64,000 nt of DNA from Eubacteriales bacterium (GTDB lineage: Bacteria > Bacillota > Clostridia > Oscillospirales > CAG-272), in assembly GCA_045598385.1 (NCBI GenBank), contig JAZLLY010000016.1:68064-132063 (forward strand), written 5' to 3'. The notes under the pieces are model-generated. The model saw only the letters and a list, made by a program, of their open reading frames with translations, was not told where the DNA came from and ran no database searches. This document shows, piece after piece, positions 48,427 through 58,931 of this stretch (its first letter is position 1; the number at the start of each line of letters is the position of its first letter). Position numbers and translations under genes: made by a program.

Positions 48427-48445
48427 ATTTCACACTTCCTGAAAA

Positions 48446-50734
48446 TTATTGACATATTAGCGAAAGATCGCCGTTGTTGAGAACAAATCCTGCTTTTTTC
48501 ATCTTTACTCCGTCGAAATGGATAATCGCTTCCGCGAGTTTGTCCTCGACGTTCTTTTCGATGAAACGGCGCATATTGCGGGCACCGTATTTTTCGGAGA
48601 AAGACTGATCCGCGATCCATTGAAGCACGTCGGGTTCGCATTCCAGTTCAATGGATTTCTGCTCTTTCATATAGTCCGCAAGTTTTGAGAACATCAGAGC
48701 GGCGATCCGGCAGAAATCCTGACGGTCGAGACGACGGAACGTGATGATCTCGTCGATACGGTTGATGAACTCCGGTCGAAGAAAAGCGGAAAGCGCTCTT
48801 GCGGTTCTGTCGGCATCCGTTTTTTCCGGAGAAGACGAAAAACCGGAAATAGCAGAAGAAGTCTCGCTGCCCGCATTCGTCGTCATGATCATAATCGTAT
48901 TTTCAAAGTTTACTTTTCTGCCCTGCGCGTCGGTAATAATACCGTCGTCAAGAACCTGAAGCAGAATATTGAGTACGTCGGGATGCGCTTTCACAATCTC
49001 ATCAAAAAGAATGACGGAATAAGGATGACGTCTGACTTTTTCGGTAAGCTGTCCCGCTTCGTCATAACCAACGTATCCGGGAGGCGCACCGATGATTTTG
49101 GAAACGGAATGCTTCTCCATAAACTCCGACATATCGAGTCGGATCAGGGCGTCGGGCTGGCGGAAAAGTTCTTGTGCAAGGACCTTGACAAGTTCCGTTT
49201 TTCCGACGCCGGTCGGTCCCGCGAAGATAAAGGAAACAGGGTTCTTACGATAGGATACACCCGCTCTCTTCCGTTTGACCGCACGAACGACGGCAGAAAC
49301 CGCCTCATCCTGTCCGATGATATTTCCACGGATACGGTCTTCCAACTCCAAAAGTTCCGTGAGTTCGCTTTTTTTGATCTCCGTCGCAGGGATTCCCGTC
49401 CAGATCTCGACAACGCGGGCAAGATCGTCAACGGTAACGGAAAGCGATTTTACGACCGGTTCAAGGACATCCTGCCGCTCGGAAAGACGGATCTTTTCGA
49501 CTTTCAAATCGGCAATGGCTTTATAATCGGATTCGCTCTTGTTTTCTTCTGCCTCGATTTTTCCTTCAAGTTCTTCGATCTTGTTGGATATTCTTGCAAT
49601 TTCTTTTTCATTTTTCCGCCACTCGTTCAGTTCAGCGCTGTCAAGCGACAACCGAGAAGCCGCCTCGTCAATGAGGTCGATCGCTTTGTCCGGAAGAAAA
49701 CGATCGGTGATATAGCGTTCCGAAAATGCGACGGCATATCTCGCGATATCCTCGGAGATCGAAACGCCGTGAAAATCTTCGTAATACTTCTTGATTCCTT
49801 TGATGATATCGGCAGCATCCACGAGCGTCGGCTCCTCCACCATAACGGGCTGAAATCTGCGCTCGAGCGCGCTGTCTTTTTCAATATACTTTCTGTACTC
49901 TTTAAGAGTCGTTGCGCCGATGACCTGGATCTCCCCGCGGGAGAGAGCGGGTTTCAGAATATTGGCGGCGCTCATGCTTCCCTCGGAATCTCCGGCACCG
50001 ACGATATTATGCACTTCGTCAATCATGAGAATGATATTTCCGGCGTGCTTGACTTCTTTGATCAAACCGAGTATTCTCTGCTCAAACTGACCGCGGAACT
50101 GTGTTCCCGCCACGAGTGCCGTGAGATCCAGAAGCCATATTTCGCACTCGCGAAGACGCTCGGGGACGTTTCCGGCGACGATCCTCTGTGCCAATGCTTC
50201 GGCGATCGCCGTCTTTCCGACGCCGGGCTCACCGATCAGGCAGGGATTGTTCTTCTGCCGTCTGCAAAGGATCTGAATCACCCTTTCGATTTCCCGATCT
50301 CTGCCGATCATACGGTCCAGTTTCCCGGAAAGGGCACGTTCGGTAAGATTCGTGGCGTACATACGCAGGAACTTTCGCCCCTGGTCCTTATCCGGCTCGG
50401 CGGCTTTCGCACCTTTCGGCGGTTTCGGCTTTTTAGGAACGGCGCCGAACGGCATACCGATATCGCCGAAAATCTTCGGAAAATCAATGGCGGGAGCGCC
50501 CCCGTCGTTATCTTCTCCAACCTGCTCGAGGAAAGTATCCACTTCTCCCGACATATTTTCGAGATCTTCCTCGCTGACGCCCATTTTCTTGAGCATATCG
50601 TCGATCGGTTTTATGCCGAGTTGACTGGCGCAAACGAGGCACAGTCCTTCGTTGACGGATTTTCCGTTCTCCAACCTTGTGATGAAAACGACGGCGGGGC
50701 GTGTTTTACATCTTGCACATTTCTGAATATTCAT
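48446..50734 (-). CDS. Two-ring Clp/Hsp100 AAA+ ATPase (ClpA/ClpC-like) with an N-terminal C4 zinc ribbon instead of a Clp_N domain
   Basis: D1 has GEPGVGKTA and D2 has GPTGVGKTE. There is a short coiled-coil linker. The N-terminus reads CARC..(22 aa)..CLVC, followed by a low-complexity linker. Confidence 0.85.
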   Translation of the reverse strand: MNIQKCARCKTRPAVVFITRLENGKSVNEGLCLVCASQLGIKPIDDMLKKMGVSEEDLENMSGEVDTFLEQVGEDNDGGAPAIDFPKIFGDIGMPFGAVPKKPKPPKGAKAAEPDKDQGRKFLRMYATNLTERALSGKLDRMIGRDREIERVIQILCRRQKNNPCLIGEPGVGKTAIAEALAQRIVAGNVPERLRECEIWLLDLTALVAGTQFRGQFEQRILGLIKEVKHAGNIILMIDEVHNIVGAGDSEGSMSAANILKPALSRGEIQVIGATTLKEYRKYIEKDSALERRFQPVMVEEPTLVDAADIIKGIKKYYEDFHGVSISEDIARYAVAFSERYITDRFLPDKAIDLIDEAASRLSLDSAELNEWRKNEKEIARISNKIEELEGKIEAEENKSESDYKAIADLKVEKIRLSERQDVLEPVVKSLSVTVDDLARVVEIWTGIPATEIKKSELTELLELEDRIRGNIIGQDEAVSAVVRAVKRKRAGVSYRKNPVSFIFAGPTGVGKTELVKVLAQELFRQPDALIRLDMSEFMEKHSVSKIIGAPPGYVGYDEAGQLTEKVRRHPYSVILFDEIVKAHPDVLNILLQVLDDGIITDAQGRKVNFENTIMIMTTNAGSETSSAISGFSSSPEKTDADRTARALSAFLRPEFINRIDEIITFRRLDRQDFCRIAALMFSKLADYMKEQKSIELECEPDVLQWIADQSFSEKYGARNMRRFIEKNVEDKLAEAIIHFDGVKMKKAGFVLNNGDLSLICQ

Positions 50735-50736
50735 TC

Positions 50737-51375
50737 TTATATCTTTCGTATTGTATTTTGGAGAAACTCCAATAGATTGAACTTTTGTAAAAAGGGATAA
50801 ATGATGCCGGTTTGCGCATTGTCGGCAATGACGTCACCGAAGAGACCGGAATCGAGGATGCGGACGAAACCGAGGAACAGCAGAAATACGACCACGCCGC
50901 CGAGAACAAGTCCGAGTGAGTGGTCGATAAGACCGATGGCTCCTTTTTTCGTTCCGCTTTTGAACAGTGCGAAGAAAAACGATATCACGATAGAGCTGAC
51001 AACGAACAGTAAAACGAGTGAAACAAAAAACGAGATCTTATCCGTCAGAATCGAGGAAACGGCAGCGATGAAATCCGAAGAGTTGTCATTGGCAACGGAA
51101 ACCGTTGTGTCGGAAATCACGTTTTCACAAAGTTTTGTGAAGAAATACCCGGTATCGCTTCCCCGGAAAGCGTCCGCCACTTTATCGCTGACGACGGGCT
51201 CCAGCCGGTTGCGCAAAAAGGATTCGGAAAACGTTCGCCCGTAAACCGACGCGACAATAAATGAACCGATCAGTCGTAAAGGTTTGATAAAAAAAGATAT
51301 AAAACCTTTCGTCCATCCGGCAAGCAGACCGATCGCGATTATCACGACGAAGGACAAATCAAAAACGAGATTCAT
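50737..51375 (-). CDS. cvpA: CvpA-family membrane protein
   Basis: Four hydrophobic segments in a CvpA-like layout. Start moved to MNLVFD (51375). Confidence 0.65.
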   Translation of the reverse strand: MNLVFDLSFVVIIAIGLLAGWTKGFISFFIKPLRLIGSFIVASVYGRTFSESFLRNRLEPVVSDKVADAFRGSDTGYFFTKLCENVISDTTVSVANDNSSDFIAAVSSILTDKISFFVSLVLLFVVSSIVISFFFALFKSGTKKGAIGLIDHSLGLVLGGVVVFLLFLGFVRILDSGLFGDVIADNAQTGIIYPFLQKFNLLEFLQNTIRKI

Positions 51376-51413
51376 AAGCACTCCGTTTTCTTTCATTATG
51401 CGGATCCGCACCG

Positions 51414-54400
51414 TCAGCGAATGACGACGTTCTCATCCCCGAAATTTCGTTTGAGGGACGACAAGACGCTTTCCGAGGGATCCAGTTCACAATTTTTCTT
51501 CAATACGTACTTTTTCGCGTTGCTGTCAAAAAGGACAACGGCGTAAGGTCCGGGATGCAGAATCGAAAGGCGGTCAAGGACGCAAAGTCGCTTATCGTTA
51601 AGATCATTGACTTTCACGTAAATGACGTTTTTTCTCGTATCTTGCGATGCGTTCGACGTACTTTCTGTTTTCTGAAAATCGGAATCCGAGATCAACGGCA
51701 GGATTTCTTTCGCGATCACGCGGACACCGTCGGTATCTTCTACTGACAGCGTTCCTTTTACGCATACGGCATTATCGTCAAAAATCTCGGATGAAAACTT
51801 CATATAAGATTTTGCAAAAACGATCACTTCCACCTCGCCGAAACGGTCGTCGAGCGTCAGAAAAGCCATCGTATCTCCGCTTTTCACCGTTTTTTTGCGG
51901 ATACCGGAAACGATCCCGCAGAGGGTAACTTCCGAACGATCGCGGTATCGGTGCGAAACCTCCGTTTCGTCCTTCAAGTCGGCAAGAATATCGGACGTCT
52001 TATCCGGACGCAGACTTTCAATATGCTTTTCATAATCTTCCGTCAGGTGACCGGAAAAATACATCCCGGAACTCTCTTTTTCAAGAAGCAGAAGTTCTTT
52101 TACGGAATACTCCTTCACGTCGGGATAGGGGTATGAACCCGTTTCATTCTGCGTATCCGCCGCAAAAGAAAACATATCGATCTGACCGGATATATTATTT
52201 CGTTTCTTATCCTGCTCCGAGGAAAGGATCATTTCATAAGACGAAAGCAGCGCTTTTCTCGTAACACCGAGAGAATCGAATACACCGCTTTTAATAAGCG
52301 ATTCGAGCGTTCTTTTATTCATTTCGGAAATGTTGATCAAACGCCTTGTAAAATCGTCGAAAGAAGCAAATTTTCCGTGTTTCCGTTCGGATACGACAGC
52401 ATCTCCAAAGGATTTTCCGACCCCTTTGATAGCGAGAAGACCGTAGCGAATATTACCGTCGGCAGTCACGGAAAACTGTGAAGAACTTTCATTGATATCG
52501 GGCCGCAGTATCTGAACACCGCATTTTTGCGCGTCCATACTGTATTTTCGCACCTCGCCGGTGTCGGAAAGAACGCTCGTGATCAACGCCGCAAAGAATT
52601 CTGCGGGATAATTGGCTTTCAGGTAAGCCGTGCGGTACGCGAGGATCGCGTATGCCGTCGCATGGGATTTATTGAACGCATAGCTGGCAAAACTCTGCAT
52701 ATCGTCAAAGATCTTTTTGACGGCACCTTCGGGATAGCCGTTTGCCCTCGCGCCCTCGAGAAACGCGGCTTCCTCCGCCGCCATCGCTTCTTTGTTTTTC
52801 TTTGCCATCGCGCGTCTGACGATATCGGCTTTCGCGTAGGAATACCCTGCGAGGGTACGGAAGATCTGCATGACCTGTTCCTGATACACGATACAGCCGT
52901 AGGTAACGTCCAGAATCGGTTTCAATTGCTCGATCTCGTAAACGATCGGAAGTTTTCCGTGCTTTCGGTCGATAAAGGTTTCAATGGAACTCATAGGTCC
53001 CGGACGAAACAGCGCGACGCAGGCGGTGATATCCTCAATATTTGAGGGCTGAAGTTTGAGTAGCACCTGTTTCATTCCGCCGGATTCCAGCTGAAAGACG
53101 CCGTCGGTTTTTCCCCGGCACAGAAGATCGAATGTCTTTTGATCGTCGTGCGGTATTTTCGTGATATCGAAATCGGGGATGGATTTCTTTATCATTTTTT
53201 CTGCATCGTCAATGACCGTGAGATAACGTATGCCGAGAAAATCAAACTTGACAAGCCCGAGTTTTGCATCCGTTGTCATATCGAACTGCGTCACGACGCC
53301 GGTTCCGCTGTAGGAGAGCGGAACGTATGTGTGAGTCGGATTCTCGGTGATCACGACGCCCGCCGCGTGAGTGGAAGCGTGCCTGGGCATTCCCTCCAGT
53401 TTCATACTGACGTCCACGAGCTTTTTTACCGACGGATCACGGTCGTAAAGTTCCTTGAACTCTTTGATTTTCAAGGCATCGTCAAGCGTTACGTTTACAC
53501 CGGACGGGACAAGTTTCGCGACGGCGTCAACCGAGGCGTAGGGCATATCGAGTGCCCGTCCGACGTCCCGGATCGCGGCACGCGCCGCCATAGTGCCGAA
53601 AGTTACGATCTGCGCGACCTTATCCTCTCCGTAACGGTGCTTTACATAGTCGATGACTTCTTCTCTGCGGGTATCCGAAAAATCAATATCGAAATCCGGC
53701 ATCGAAACCCGCTCCGGATTCAGGAATCGCTCAAAGAGCAAATCGTAAGCAACGGGATCGATATCCGTGATGCCGACGCAGTAGGCAACGAGACTCCCCG
53801 CCCCGGAACCTCTCCCGGGTCCGACGGGTATTCCCATGGACTTTGCTTGTCCGACGAAATCGCTGACCATCAGAAAATAAGCGTTGAAGCCCATTTTATC
53901 AATCACGGAGAGTTCATAACGGATTCTATCTTCGTACTCCTCTTTCGTATGATCCGAAAAACGAATGAACCCTTCTTTGATTCTCTTATTAAAACCGATA
54001 GCGGTATCTTCTCTTAATTTATCCCTGTGCGTCTGTCCTTGCGGAAGTATGAAAGTCGGCAGATGAAGTTCGCCGAATGTAAAGTTATAGTTGCATTTAT
54101 CGGCGATGATCTGCGTATTCTCTATTGAACCCGGAAAATTGCCGAACAGGGCTTTCATCTCTTCGGTAGAGCGGAAATAATACTCGTCGGTCGTAAAACC
54201 AAAGGGAGTTCCGCCAGATACCGTATTTCCGGTCTGGATGCACATGAGGATGGACTGTATATCGGCGTCTTCTTTTTCGAGGTAATGCACGTCGTTTGTT
54301 GCCACGAGAGGAATATCGTATTTCTCCCCGATCGTCCGGAGAGCGAAAGCCACTTTTCTCTCGTCGTCAAGGTGGTGATTCTGTATCTCAAGATAGAAAT

Positions 54401-54905
54401 CATCCCCGAACAGACGTTTCATTTCCAGGGCGGATTTTTCCGCCTCGTCCATCAGCCCGGATAAAATCAGCGACGGGATCTTTCCACCAAGACAGCCGGA
54501 AAGGGCAACGAGACCCTCGGCGTGCTCCGAAAGGATATCCATGTCGATTCTCGGTCTTTGATAAAAACCGTGAATGAAGCTCTCGGAAACGAGGTAGCAA
54601 AGGTTTTTATAACCGATCTCGTTTTTTACGAGCAGAATCAGATGATATCCGGAGGAATCGGCTTTTCCCTCTTTGAGAAGCCTGCTTCTCGGCGCGACGT
54701 AAACTTCGCAACCGATAATGGGCTTTATGCCGTTTTTGGTCAGTGCGTCGTAAAACTCCACAGCACCGTACATCACGCCATGATCGGTGATCGCAACGGC
54801 ATTCTGCCCTTCTTTTATCGCTTTTTCGGCGATATCGGCAATGCGGGTCGCGCCGTCAAGCAGACTGTATTCGGTATGAAGATGCAGATGAACAAACCCA
54901 CTCAT
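51414..54905 (-). CDS. dnaE: DNA polymerase III alpha subunit, DnaE type
   Basis: PHP domain (HLHLHTEYSLLDG), the polymerase core (PDFDIDF), HhH and OB domains; 1163 aa. Confidence 0.97.
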   Translation of the reverse strand: MSGFVHLHLHTEYSLLDGATRIADIAEKAIKEGQNAVAITDHGVMYGAVEFYDALTKNGIKPIIGCEVYVAPRSRLLKEGKADSSGYHLILLVKNEIGYKNLCYLVSESFIHGFYQRPRIDMDILSEHAEGLVALSGCLGGKIPSLILSGLMDEAEKSALEMKRLFGDDFYLEIQNHHLDDERKVAFALRTIGEKYDIPLVATNDVHYLEKEDADIQSILMCIQTGNTVSGGTPFGFTTDEYYFRSTEEMKALFGNFPGSIENTQIIADKCNYNFTFGELHLPTFILPQGQTHRDKLREDTAIGFNKRIKEGFIRFSDHTKEEYEDRIRYELSVIDKMGFNAYFLMVSDFVGQAKSMGIPVGPGRGSGAGSLVAYCVGITDIDPVAYDLLFERFLNPERVSMPDFDIDFSDTRREEVIDYVKHRYGEDKVAQIVTFGTMAARAAIRDVGRALDMPYASVDAVAKLVPSGVNVTLDDALKIKEFKELYDRDPSVKKLVDVSMKLEGMPRHASTHAAGVVITENPTHTYVPLSYSGTGVVTQFDMTTDAKLGLVKFDFLGIRYLTVIDDAEKMIKKSIPDFDITKIPHDDQKTFDLLCRGKTDGVFQLESGGMKQVLLKLQPSNIEDITACVALFRPGPMSSIETFIDRKHGKLPIVYEIEQLKPILDVTYGCIVYQEQVMQIFRTLAGYSYAKADIVRRAMAKKNKEAMAAEEAAFLEGARANGYPEGAVKKIFDDMQSFASYAFNKSHATAYAILAYRTAYLKANYPAEFFAALITSVLSDTGEVRKYSMDAQKCGVQILRPDINESSSQFSVTADGNIRYGLLAIKGVGKSFGDAVVSERKHGKFASFDDFTRRLINISEMNKRTLESLIKSGVFDSLGVTRKALLSSYEMILSSEQDKKRNNISGQIDMFSFAADTQNETGSYPYPDVKEYSVKELLLLEKESSGMYFSGHLTEDYEKHIESLRPDKTSDILADLKDETEVSHRYRDRSEVTLCGIVSGIRKKTVKSGDTMAFLTLDDRFGEVEVIVFAKSYMKFSSEIFDDNAVCVKGTLSVEDTDGVRVIAKEILPLISDSDFQKTESTSNASQDTRKNVIYVKVNDLNDKRLCVLDRLSILHPGPYAVVLFDSNAKKYVLKKNCELDPSESVLSSLKRNFGDENVVIR

Positions 54906-54937
54906 TGCCGTTTCCTCCTTGTGTGATAATTTCGGAA

Positions 54938-55822
54938 TTATCCGTGACGTTTCAACATTTCTTTTCCCATGATTTCTATTTTTACCATGCGATGGGAGAT
55001 TCCGGATTTGGTAATCGGCGGTGCCGAGAGATCCGCAAGCTGGGAAAGCGAATAATCCGGATACAAAAGCCGAAGTTTTGCGGTTTTTTCAAGTTCTTCC
55101 GGCAGATTGGAAAGCAATCCGAGACGATCCAGTTTCCGGATAAGATCAACTTGTCCGTGAGAAGCGGCAACGGCTTTTTCGATATTGCTTGTCTCGCAAT
55201 TCGCGATGCGATTGGCTTCGTTACGGAAATTATTTTCGATCTTGGAATTCATAATATCGAACGCCGTCTGATTCATTCCCGCAGTTGCGAAAAAATCTTC
55301 GACGGATTCGCTTTTTTTGATATACAAAAGCGTCTCGGAACGTCTTTTCGTCATTTTGAAAAATAATCCGAACGATTCCAGGATCTGCAATATCAGTTCT
55401 GCGCGGTCTCCGACGGATAGTTCAAGAAGATACTGCTTCGAGGGATCGGAAATACGCCCGGAAACAAAGAATATGCCCCGGATAAAAGCGCTCTTACAGT
55501 TCGGGCAGGTTAAAGGAACAGGACAATCTGCGCCGGATAGAAGATCGGTCAGGAGAAGTTCGCAGGAGCGACTGCGAAAAGAAAACAAGACGCGCCTGCC
55601 TCCTTTATTCGGCGAGGCAACGAGTCCTTTTCTTCCGAAGAGTTCTTCCGTGATCGTTGATAAAAAATCCGCCATTTCCGCGTTTTCAAGCGAAAAGACG
55701 ATTGATCCGTCGGAAAGATGACCTTTCGCGAGAAGTGCGCCTAAAAAGAAAGAACGGCGGCAACAAAGAGAGCGCATCTGTATTTTCATGATTTCCGACT
55801 TTTGCAAAGACGAATACGACAT
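54938..55822 (-). CDS. whiA: DNA-binding protein WhiA
   Basis: Degenerate LAGLIDADG halves and a C-terminal HTH (SLSQLADL...ISKSGISHRM). Confidence 0.9.
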   Translation of the reverse strand: MSYSSLQKSEIMKIQMRSLCCRRSFFLGALLAKGHLSDGSIVFSLENAEMADFLSTITEELFGRKGLVASPNKGGRRVLFSFRSRSCELLLTDLLSGADCPVPLTCPNCKSAFIRGIFFVSGRISDPSKQYLLELSVGDRAELILQILESFGLFFKMTKRRSETLLYIKKSESVEDFFATAGMNQTAFDIMNSKIENNFRNEANRIANCETSNIEKAVAASHGQVDLIRKLDRLGLLSNLPEELEKTAKLRLLYPDYSLSQLADLSAPPITKSGISHRMVKIEIMGKEMLKRHG

Positions 55823-55831
55823 AACACCCTC

Positions 55832-56716
55832 CTATAAAAACTCGATCTCACACCTCGCTGTGAAACCGTATTTGTTTTTCAGTTCCCGACGGATAAAATA
55901 GACAAGTGATTTGTAGTCCTCGGACGTTCCGCCGCCGCAATTGATCAGAAACCCGGCGTGTTTTTCACTCACGGAGATACCGCCGACGCGAAAACCTTTC
56001 AGTCCGGCATGATCAATGTAGTAAGAAACGGCTTCCCCGTTTTCGTTTTTCAGAAATGCGGAACCGAGGGACGGTTCCCCGTGCGGTTGCGTCGCTTTCC
56101 GCTTTTGCAGATCACCCGTTATTTGATCACGAATAATTTCCGGCGATTCTATTTTCGTTTCAAACGTCGCGTTGACAAGAACGTACGGGCGCTCTTTCAA
56201 CATACTGTTCCGATAGGAAAAATCCATTTCCCGTTTTCCGACGGAAAACACCGAAGCCGTCGTCGGATCGTAAAGCGTGGCCGAAAGAAAAGAATCGGCA
56301 AATGTCGCGCCGAAAGCCCCGGCGTTTCCCCGGACTCCGGCACCGATGGTCCCCGGCACGGTCGAAAGACCGGAAAGCGCAAGAACTCCGATCCGGATCC
56401 CTTCTTTCGCTACGGAAAGCGGCCGAGCACCGGCAGCGACTGTCACGCGATCTTCCGAAAACCTGACGGAACGCATTTTTTTCGTTGAGATCAAAACGGT
56501 TTTGTATTCATCATCCGTCGGAAGCGTGTTGGAAAGGCATCCTATTACGCGGTACGCTTTATGCCTTTTATCCAGGTAAGACAAAAGCGAAATCAAAGCG
56601 TTTTCGTTTTTCGGATAAGCCAACATCCGGCAATTTCCGCCGATTTTTATCGTAGAAACAGAGGAAAGCGGAACATCCCGGCAGAATACGACATCCGAAG
56701 CGCTGAAACCCAACAT
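55832..56716 (-). CDS. murB: UDP-N-acetylenolpyruvoylglucosamine reductase
   Basis: FAD-binding domain (TIKIGGN, VIGCLSN), GSAFLKN and a MurB C-terminal domain. Confidence 0.9.
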   Translation of the reverse strand: MLGFSASDVVFCRDVPLSSVSTIKIGGNCRMLAYPKNENALISLLSYLDKRHKAYRVIGCLSNTLPTDDEYKTVLISTKKMRSVRFSEDRVTVAAGARPLSVAKEGIRIGVLALSGLSTVPGTIGAGVRGNAGAFGATFADSFLSATLYDPTTASVFSVGKREMDFSYRNSMLKERPYVLVNATFETKIESPEIIRDQITGDLQKRKATQPHGEPSLGSAFLKNENGEAVSYYIDHAGLKGFRVGGISVSEKHAGFLINCGGGTSEDYKSLVYFIRRELKNKYGFTARCEIEFL

Positions 56717-56755
56717 AAAAGACTCACAAAAATCAGTATCCGTTGCGTTTTCCTT

Positions 56756-58450
56756 TTATGAGATGATCTCCCGCTCACGGAGCATATCAAGGGCGGCGGC
56801 CTTTTGCGCCTCCGTTACTTCAATTCCTCCGAGGATTCTTGATACTTCCGCGATACGCCCGTTTTCATCGAGCAGATCGACTCTTGTTTGTGTCTTCCCG
56901 TTCACTTCGTTTTTCGAAATGCGAAAATGGCTGTCACCGAGCGAAGCGATCTGTGCGCTGTGTGTCACGCAGAAAACCTGCATATTCTTTGCAAGACTTT
57001 GCATTTTCAAACCGATTTTTCGCGCGGTTTTGCCGGAAACGCCGGCGTCTATCTCATCAAAAATAACTGTACCGACGGGATCGGCGTCTGAAAGCGCGCT
57101 TTTGATGGAAAGCATGATCCTGGCAAGTTCTCCGCCGGACGCGATCTTCTCAATCGGCATGGGATCCAAACCCATATTTGCACTGATAAAAAACTCGACT
57201 TTATCAATACCGCTCGGGAGAAGGACCGTTTTGCCGTTTTCCTCTTCCGAAGTAAACACCGTTTTGAAGACGACTTTCGGCATATCAAGAAAAGTCAGAG
57301 TATCCCGGATCTTTTCCTCAAGTTTTTTCGCCGCGAGAAGTCTCTTTTCGTGAATATTCAATGCTGAAGCGAGCGCCTCTTTATACGCTTCTTTTTCCTG
57401 CTCCCGCAAAAGCGCCATACGGTCTTCAAACGATTCGAGCTTATCCTTTTCTTCTCCGATTTTTTCTCTGTAAGAAAGGATTTCCGATATCGTGAGCCCG
57501 TATTTACGTTTGGCTTTGGAAATAGCATCCAGCCGCTCTTCTATGACGTTGATATCTCCGTCATTGCCGTCGCTCATTTCTTCGTAAACGGCCAATATTT
57601 CTTCCCCGATATCTTTGACACGGTAAAGCATATCCCGTAAATTTTCGCTGTATTCCAGACAATCGGGAAGAACGTCGGATATCTGGGAAAGCGCCGTTGC
57701 GCTGCGATCGAGAAGAAAAGCGGCGCTCCCTTTTTCGCTGCCTTTGAGGGCGCGATAAACGAATTCGGTATTTTTCAGTATTTTTTCACGGCTTTTGAGT
57801 TTCATCTTTCGGTCAACGAGTTCTTCTTCCTCACCGTCGTGAAGAGCAAGTCCGTCGATCTCCGCGATCTCATACTCGAGCATAGCGAGACGTCTGTTGC
57901 GCTCCGTCAGATCAGAGTCGAGAGAATCAATTTCTTTTTCGACGGCGATGAAACGATCGTATAAAGCGCGATAGCGTCCAACTTCTTCGCCGAGCCCGGA
58001 AAAAGTATCAAGAAGTTCCCTCTGAACTTTCGGATCGGCGAGCGAATGGGTATCGTTCTGCCCGTGAATGGACAAAAGTTTCGGCATCAAGGATTTCAGA
58101 ACGGATACGGACACCGATCTGCCGTTGATCTTCGACTGTGAGCGTCCGTCGGCGGTCATGGTACGCTGTACCATTATATTGCCCTCTTCGTCGGGATATA
58201 CGCCGTCCTCCGAGAGACGTTCGGTAATTTCCCGCGAGAGTGCGGAAAACATTCCGCTTGCCATCGCCATCGGCTCGCCGAGACGGATCATATCTTTATC
58301 AATCCGCTCGCCGAACAAAAACGCCATACTGTCAATGATGATACTTTTACCTGCGCCGGTCTCTCCTGTGAGTACGGAAAAACCGCGGTCAAAATCCATA
58401 TCGAGGGTACGGATGACTGCCATATTCTCAATATGCAGAGATGAGAGCAT
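56756..58450 (-). CDS. recN: DNA repair protein RecN
   Basis: SMC-like protein with Walker A (GETGAGKS), a long coiled coil, the signature motif (SGGELARIML) and Walker B (VIFDEIDAG). Confidence 0.96.
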   Translation of the reverse strand: MLSSLHIENMAVIRTLDMDFDRGFSVLTGETGAGKSIIIDSMAFLFGERIDKDMIRLGEPMAMASGMFSALSREITERLSEDGVYPDEEGNIMVQRTMTADGRSQSKINGRSVSVSVLKSLMPKLLSIHGQNDTHSLADPKVQRELLDTFSGLGEEVGRYRALYDRFIAVEKEIDSLDSDLTERNRRLAMLEYEIAEIDGLALHDGEEEELVDRKMKLKSREKILKNTEFVYRALKGSEKGSAAFLLDRSATALSQISDVLPDCLEYSENLRDMLYRVKDIGEEILAVYEEMSDGNDGDINVIEERLDAISKAKRKYGLTISEILSYREKIGEEKDKLESFEDRMALLREQEKEAYKEALASALNIHEKRLLAAKKLEEKIRDTLTFLDMPKVVFKTVFTSEEENGKTVLLPSGIDKVEFFISANMGLDPMPIEKIASGGELARIMLSIKSALSDADPVGTVIFDEIDAGVSGKTARKIGLKMQSLAKNMQVFCVTHSAQIASLGDSHFRISKNEVNGKTQTRVDLLDENGRIAEVSRILGGIEVTEAQKAAALDMLREREIIS

Positions 58451-58468
58451 AAACTGCCTCCGGAATTG

Positions 58469-58921
58469 TCAGATTTTCAGAGATTCATGGATCACGCCGA
58501 TCACGCGATCGGTCGCTGCGGCATCGGAGATGACCATGAGAATGGTGTCATCACCCGCCACGGAACCGAGTATTTCGGGAATACGCAAAGAATCAATCAG
58601 AACAGCGACGGCATTCGCCATTCCGGCATGCGTTTTTACGACGACCATATTGCCTGCTCCCTGCATACGGACGACCGCCGCTGAAACGCCGGAGCCAAGC
58701 ATGGGTTTATGAACGACGCCGACGTCGGTGGAAACGACGTAATGATAATTGCCGTCGGCTTTCGGAACCTTGAGAAGATTAAGATCGCGGATATCGCGGC
58801 TGATCGTCGTTTGCGTGACTTCGATCCCCATTTCCCGAAGCTTATCCGTCAGCATTTCCTGCGTGTCAATATCGTTCTGACGAATCAGTTCGAGTATGAT
58901 TCTCTGTCTGTCGGATTTCAT
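58469..58921 (-). CDS. argR: Arginine repressor ArgR/AhrC
   Basis: Winged-helix N-terminus (RQRIILELIRQNDIDTQEML) and a C-terminal oligomerisation domain (GDDTILMV). Start set after GGAGGT. Confidence 0.9.
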   Translation of the reverse strand: MKSDRQRIILELIRQNDIDTQEMLTDKLREMGIEVTQTTISRDIRDLNLLKVPKADGNYHYVVSTDVGVVHKPMLGSGVSAAVVRMQGAGNMVVVKTHAGMANAVAVLIDSLRIPEILGSVAGDDTILMVISDAAATDRVIGVIHESLKI

Positions 58922-58931
58922 CTTTACCTCC

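Noticed and set aside
48983-50800. Very long antisense ORFs: 605 aa opposite the Clp ATPase, 475 aa opposite the EF-G paralog (10578..12005), 446 aa opposite ftsH (22509..23849), 504 aa opposite parC (39891..41405), 412 aa opposite pgi (1832..3070), 392 aa opposite prfA (42787..43965) and 302 aa opposite the lipid kinase (33785..34693).
   Set aside because: Each lies fully inside a confidently identified gene on the other strand. Their sequences are Arg/Phe/Ile/Asp-rich and motif-free, as expected for shadow frames of codon-biased genes. None has an independent RBS or promoter.
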